64,000 nt of DNA from assembly GCA_965222075.1 (NCBI GenBank), contig OZ244937.1, positions 2,848,001 to 2,912,000 on the forward strand, in the 5' to 3' direction. Shown here in pieces: positions 59,427 through 64,000 of the stretch. Within the stretch, counting starts at the first letter, position 1. The number at the start of each line of letters is the position of its first letter. Under the pieces are notes generated by a model that was not told where the DNA came from, searched no databases, and saw only the letters and a program-made list of their open reading frames with translations. The translations under genes and the position numbers were made by a program. Source of the DNA: Candidatus Latescibacterota bacterium. Its GTDB lineage: Bacteria > Latescibacterota > UBA2968 > GCA-2709665.

Positions 59427-60488
59427 TCACTCCACGTCCGGCCCAATCCGAATCGAATGCGTCTTCACCAGACAGACCACCCCCTCTCCTGCCCTCAGCG
59501 AAAGCTCCGCTACCGCCTCCGGGGTCACTTCCACTGCCAGCCGTTTCCCCACGTCCACGTAGACCACCTGCTTCCCCCCCGCCTCCGACACCTCCAGAAT
59601 CCGCCCCTCAAGCGCATTGCGGACACTTAAGCCTTCCGGACGCTCCCGGCAGAGGATAATGTCGTTGGCCCGGATGCCGATAAAGATCCGGCGCCCTTCG
59701 AGCCTGCCGCAGGGGGGCACCGTCAGCTCCTGGTCCCTATACCGCACCCGGGTGCCCGAAATCACCTCCACCGGCAGTACATTCTCAAACCCGTGGGCCT
59801 CCACCAGGGGCAGCACCTCCGGCTGGTGCGCCACTTCAAAAAAATCTCCGTGCGCGACCACCCTGCCCGCCTCCAGAACGATCACCTGCCCGGTCAACTC
59901 CAGGATCTCGGCCACCGAATGGCTCACATAAAGCATCGGAACGCCCAGATCGGATCGGAGGTGGCGCAGATAGGGCATAATCCGGTCCTTAAGCCCCCGA
60001 TCCAGCGAGGCCAGAGGTTCGTCCATTAAAAGGAGCCGGGGAGAAGCCAGAATCGCCCGGCCCAGCGCAACCCGCTGCTGCTCTCCCCCCGAAAGCCGGT
60101 CCGGATGCCGCTCCAGAAGCGGGCCCAGGCCCAGCAGATCCACAATCCGGTCCATCTTAAACCGGCGGTCTGTCGGAGGCAGCAGATCGTATCCATACCG
60201 GAGGTTCTCCCGCACGGTAAAGTGGGGAAAGAGGAGTTCATCTTGAAACACATAGCCCATGCGGCGGCACTCCGGCGGCAGATTGATCCCCCGCTCGGAA
60301 GAGAAAAGCACCTCACCGTCAATACGGATCTCCCCCCAATCCGGACGCTGCAGCCCGGCTACCAGGTTTAAAAGCGTGGTCTTGCCCGCTCCTGAAGGGC
60401 CGAAAATCGCTGTCACCGGATACGGACAGTCTACCGCCACATCCAGCGTAAAATCGGACAGGCGCCGGAAGAGCCGGATAGAAACCAC
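59427..60488 (-). CDS. modC: Molybdate ABC transporter ATPase
   Basis: GPSGAGKTT, LSGGEQQRVALGRA, MDEPLASLD, SVRN/TOBE C-terminus. Confidence 0.92.
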   Translation of the reverse strand: MVSIRLFRRLSDFTLDVAVDCPYPVTAIFGPSGAGKTTLLNLVAGLQRPDWGEIRIDGEVLFSSERGINLPPECRRMGYVFQDELLFPHFTVRENLRYGYDLLPPTDRRFKMDRIVDLLGLGPLLERHPDRLSGGEQQRVALGRAILASPRLLLMDEPLASLDRGLKDRIMPYLRHLRSDLGVPMLYVSHSVAEILELTGQVIVLEAGRVVAHGDFFEVAHQPEVLPLVEAHGFENVLPVEVISGTRVRYRDQELTVPPCGRLEGRRIFIGIRANDIILCRERPEGLSVRNALEGRILEVSEAGGKQVVYVDVGKRLAVEVTPEAVAELSLRAGEGVVCLVKTHSIRIGPDVE

Positions 60489-60489
60489 C

Positions 60490-61167
60490 TCAGGCCCTCC
60501 CCATGCGCCGGGCCAGGCCTTCGCTGGCCAGAAGCGCCGCAAACGAAAGAACCACCGAAATGGCCGCCAAACGCGCGGCAGCCGCCTCCCCCTCCGGCTG
60601 GTTCAGATAGGTAAAAATCGCTAAGGGCAGCGTCCGCGTCTCCCCTGCGATATTCGAAGCAAACGTAATTGTGGCCCCAAACTCCCCCAGGCTCCGGGCA
60701 AACGTCAGCAGCGACCCGGCCAGCAGGCCGGGGGAGGCCAGGCGGAGCGTCACCGTCCAGAACGCCCGCAAAGGCCCGGCCCCCAGCGTCCGGGCGGCCC
60801 CCTCCAGACGCGGGTCCACCCCCTCGATCGCCAGACGCACCGCACGCAGCATCAGCGGGAACCCAACGACCGCAGAGGCCAGCACCGCCCCCTTCCACGT
60901 AAACGCCAGCCGGAGGCCCAGCATCCCTTCCAGCCACCCACCCAGCATCCCCCGCCGGCCGAACAACACCAGCAGCAGGTAGCCCGTCACCACAGGGGGC
61001 AGAACCAGGGGCAAATGGCAGAGCCCGTCTAAGATCACCTTGCCTCGAAATACGCGCCGGGCCAGCACCCAGCCCACCAGCACCGCAGGGGGCAGGCTGA
61101 TCAGCACGCAGAAAATCCCTACCCTCATGGAAATCCCCAGAACCTCCCACTCTTCTAAAGTCAGCAC
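60490..61167 (-). CDS. modB: Molybdate ABC transporter permease
   Basis: HLPLVLPPVVTGYLLL, FARSLGEFGATI. Confidence 0.95.
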   Translation of the reverse strand: MLTLEEWEVLGISMRVGIFCVLISLPPAVLVGWVLARRVFRGKVILDGLCHLPLVLPPVVTGYLLLVLFGRRGMLGGWLEGMLGLRLAFTWKGAVLASAVVGFPLMLRAVRLAIEGVDPRLEGAARTLGAGPLRAFWTVTLRLASPGLLAGSLLTFARSLGEFGATITFASNIAGETRTLPLAIFTYLNQPEGEAAAARLAAISVVLSFAALLASEGLARRMGRA

Positions 61168-61419
61168 AACGGGTATTCTCCTCTCGATGGAATCGCTGAA
61201 TGACCAGACTCAGAAAGATAGCAAATATATGAGGTCTGCCCAATGAAGAAATTGACCCTATTCATCGTTTTCCTTATCTTTCTATGCACTGATCCGCTCT
61301 CTGCGTGGACGGAGAGTATGCAGCTTCTGGTCGACGGGTTGGTCGAGGTGGGCATCTTTGTATGGGTTGACCATCATATTCTTCCGTGCCATTTCGTGAT
61401 CCGCAGAAGGGAATCACCT

Positions 61420-64000
61420 ATGCAGCAGCAAACGGCCCCCGCCGGGGGGCTCTACCGTCCTGAGTTCGAGCACGACGCCTGTGGGGTCGGGTTTGTCGCC
61501 GACATCTCCGGTCAGAGAAGCCACGAGATCGTCCGCAAGGCCGTCCTGGCCCTGGCCAACCTGACCCACCGGGGGGCAATGGACGCCGATGCGAAGACCG
61601 GCGACGGCGCGGGTGTACTCACCCAGATCCCCACCAAACTCTTCGCCCAGGAGGCGGAACGCCTGGTACACCGGCTGCCCGACGGGAAAGACCTCGCCGT
61701 GGGCATGATCTTCCTGCCCCGGCAAGACGTCATGGTCAACGACCGGTGCCGCATCATCATCGAAGAGGCCATCGACCACTACGACCTGGACTTCATCGGG
61801 TGGCGCCCCGTCCCGGTGGACGAATCCGTCCTGGGCGACACGGCCGCAGAACTGCGGCCCGACATCCAGCAGGTGCTCATCGGCCGGGTGGGGTCGATGT
61901 CCGATGCCGGATTTGAACGCGCCCTCTACCTGGTTCGCAAACAGATCGAACGCTCCCTGCGTCGACACAAGATCGAAGGCTGCTACATCTGCTCCTTTTC
62001 CAACCGGACGGTCGTCTACAAGGGCATGATGGTGGCCCCCCAGCTCTTCCGGTTCTACAAAGACCTCCAGGACCCCGACTTTGAAACGGCCCTGGCCGTC
62101 TTCCACCAGCGCTACAGCACCAATACCATGCCCACCTGGTTCCTGGCCCAGCCCTTCCACTGCCTGGCCCACAACGGCGAAATCAATACCCTGGGGGGAA
62201 ACACCACCTGGATGCAGGCGCGCGAAGGAGAGCTTGACTCAAAGGCCTGGGGCCGGCACGTCAACCGAATCAAACCGATCGCAGACCCCATCGGCAGCGA
62301 CTCGGCGCAACTCGACAACGTCTTTGAGTCCCTCATCCTCGCCGGTCGCAACCCGATGCACGCCATGATGATGTTGATCCCGGAGGCCCATCAGAATATC
62401 CCGGACATACCGTCCGACCTCCGGGGCTTCTACGAATACCACGACTGCCTCATCGAACCCTGGGACGGCCCGGCGGCAGTCGCCTTCTCCGACGGGGAGA
62501 TCGTAGGCGCCACACTCGACCGGAACGGCCTGAGGCCCGCCCGCTACAAGATCACCGACGACGATCTGATCATCATGGGCTCCGAAGTGGGCATGATCGA
62601 GATCGACGACCGCCGGGTGGTGGAGAAAGGCCGCCTCGGCCCGGGGCAGATGATCGCGGTCGACACCCGCAGGGGCGTCCTCCTCAAAAACGACGAAACC
62701 AAGGCGCACATCGCCCGGAGCAGGCCCTACGGCGAGTGGGTCAGGGAAAACCTGATCCACCTGGACCGGGCCGACAGCGCCGCCGAACCCCTCCCCTCCC
62801 CCGTCCAGGACGATCCGCCCCTGCGCCAGCGGCAGCTTGCGTTTGGCTACACCTCCGACGAGATCGAGTATGTGCTCATCCCTATGGCCAACGACGGAAA
62901 AGAACCGGTCGGCTCCATGGGGGACGATACCCCCCTGGCCGTGCTCTCGGAGCGCCCCCAGCTCCTGTATAACTACCTTACGCAGCGTTTTGCCCAGGTG
63001 ACCAATCCCCCCATCGATCCCCTCCGGGAAGAGCTGGTCATGTCGCTTGACATGACCCTCGGCTACCGCCGCAACCTCTTTAAAGAGAAGAGGAAGCACG
63101 CGCGGCTCATCCGGTTAAAATCCCCCATCCTGCTCAACTCGGAACTGACCCGGCTCCGTGAGATGGTAATCCCCGAATTTGAGGCTGAGACCCTGCCCGC
63201 CCTCTTTACCCCCCAGGATGGACCGGACGGCCTCCGGCGGGCCCTCGCCCGGCTGTGCATGCGGGCCGTTCAGGCGGTGGAAGAAGGCAAGACCCTGCTC
63301 ATCCTCAGCGATCGGGGGGTGGATGCTTCGCAGGCGCCCATCCCGATGCTGCTGGCCGTGGGCGCTGTACATCACCACCTCATTCGGGAAGGCAAGCGGA
63401 TGCGGGCCAGCCTCATCGTCGAGTCGGGCGAACCCAGAGAGGTGCACCACCTCGCCGCCCTCATCGGCTACGGTGCAAGCGCCGTCAACCCGTACCTGGC
63501 CTACGAGATCCTCCACTGGCTGGTGGAAGAGGGGAAAGTTGAAGAAAGCATCACCTTCCAGAAAGCCCTGAGAAACTACCGGAAGGCCCAGGAAATCGGC
63601 ATCCTCAAGACCATGTCCAAAATGGGCATCTCAACCCTCAGCAGCTATCACGGCGCCCAGGTCTTCGAAGCCGTCGGCCTGCACCAGAACCTGATCGACC
63701 GCTTTTTCACCGGAACGGTCTCCCAGATAGGCGGCATCGGCCTGGAGGAGATCACAGAGAATGTACTGGAAGGGCATGCCCGGGCATTTGCGCCTGAAAC
63801 CGAGCCGGTCCTGAAGGACAACGGCACCTACCGCTTCCGCCGCGACGGCGAGTACCACGCGTTCAACCCCCTGGTGTTCAAAGCCATCCATAAACTCGCC
63901 AAGAGTGGAGAATATGGTGACTTCCAGATCTACTCCAGGCTGGTCGAGAACCGTCCTCCCGCGGCCCTCAGAGATCTCATGGCCTTCCGCGAAAGCGCCC
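61420..64000 (+). CDS. gltB: Glutamate synthase large subunit (3' truncated by window edge)
   Basis: EHDACGVGFVA, HQRYSTNT, AHNGEINT, EPWDGPA, FAQVTNPPIDP, MSKMGIST; frame open to the window end. Confidence 0.95.
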   Translation, partial: MQQQTAPAGGLYRPEFEHDACGVGFVADISGQRSHEIVRKAVLALANLTHRGAMDADAKTGDGAGVLTQIPTKLFAQEAERLVHRLPDGKDLAVGMIFLPRQDVMVNDRCRIIIEEAIDHYDLDFIGWRPVPVDESVLGDTAAELRPDIQQVLIGRVGSMSDAGFERALYLVRKQIERSLRRHKIEGCYICSFSNRTVVYKGMMVAPQLFRFYKDLQDPDFETALAVFHQRYSTNTMPTWFLAQPFHCLAHNGEINTLGGNTTWMQAREGELDSKAWGRHVNRIKPIADPIGSDSAQLDNVFESLILAGRNPMHAMMMLIPEAHQNIPDIPSDLRGFYEYHDCLIEPWDGPAAVAFSDGEIVGATLDRNGLRPARYKITDDDLIIMGSEVGMIEIDDRRVVEKGRLGPGQMIAVDTRRGVLLKNDETKAHIARSRPYGEWVRENLIHLDRADSAAEPLPSPVQDDPPLRQRQLAFGYTSDEIEYVLIPMANDGKEPVGSMGDDTPLAVLSERPQLLYNYLTQRFAQVTNPPIDPLREELVMSLDMTLGYRRNLFKEKRKHARLIRLKSPILLNSELTRLREMVIPEFEAETLPALFTPQDGPDGLRRALARLCMRAVQAVEEGKTLLILSDRGVDASQAPIPMLLAVGAVHHHLIREGKRMRASLIVESGEPREVHHLAALIGYGASAVNPYLAYEILHWLVEEGKVEESITFQKALRNYRKAQEIGILKTMSKMGISTLSSYHGAQVFEAVGLHQNLIDRFFTGTVSQIGGIGLEEITENVLEGHARAFAPETEPVLKDNGTYRFRRDGEYHAFNPLVFKAIHKLAKSGEYGDFQIYSRLVENRPPAALRDLMAFRESA

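Overview
GC-rich chromosomal window from a diderm bacterium. Long FCB-type SecA, a short sigma-70 paralogue, a DUF6785-like membrane protein and an S55 peptidase pair suggest Candidatus Latescibacterota or relatives (inference only). It is mostly housekeeping and metabolic: acp/Re-citrate synthase/pta, pheA-aminotransferase, lgt, hydantoinase A/B, short purH, acs, queC, CIRCE-groESL, secA, ribDE-BA-H-nusB, thiO, pepA, epmA, modBC and a partial gltB. I saw no rRNA, tRNA, CRISPR array, prophage or transposase. Best candidates for something undescribed: (1) an ECF sigma / ZAS anti-sigma / HtrA-PDZ operon whose HtrA has lost all three catalytic residues; (2) an atypical ACP clustered with Re-citrate synthase and Pta; (3) a circularly permuted SpoIVB-type peptidase coupled to a large beta-propeller protein; (4) two candidate structured ncRNAs at about 43.76-44.10 kb and 53.41-53.55 kb; (5) an EpmA carrying an OB-fold-like extension and polyproline tracts. 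Also present: two pseudogenes with visible lesions, a duplicated MerR operator, a putative LexA box, REP and heptamer repeats, and apparent absence of CTAG. All calls come from motif recognition by eye; no searches were run.
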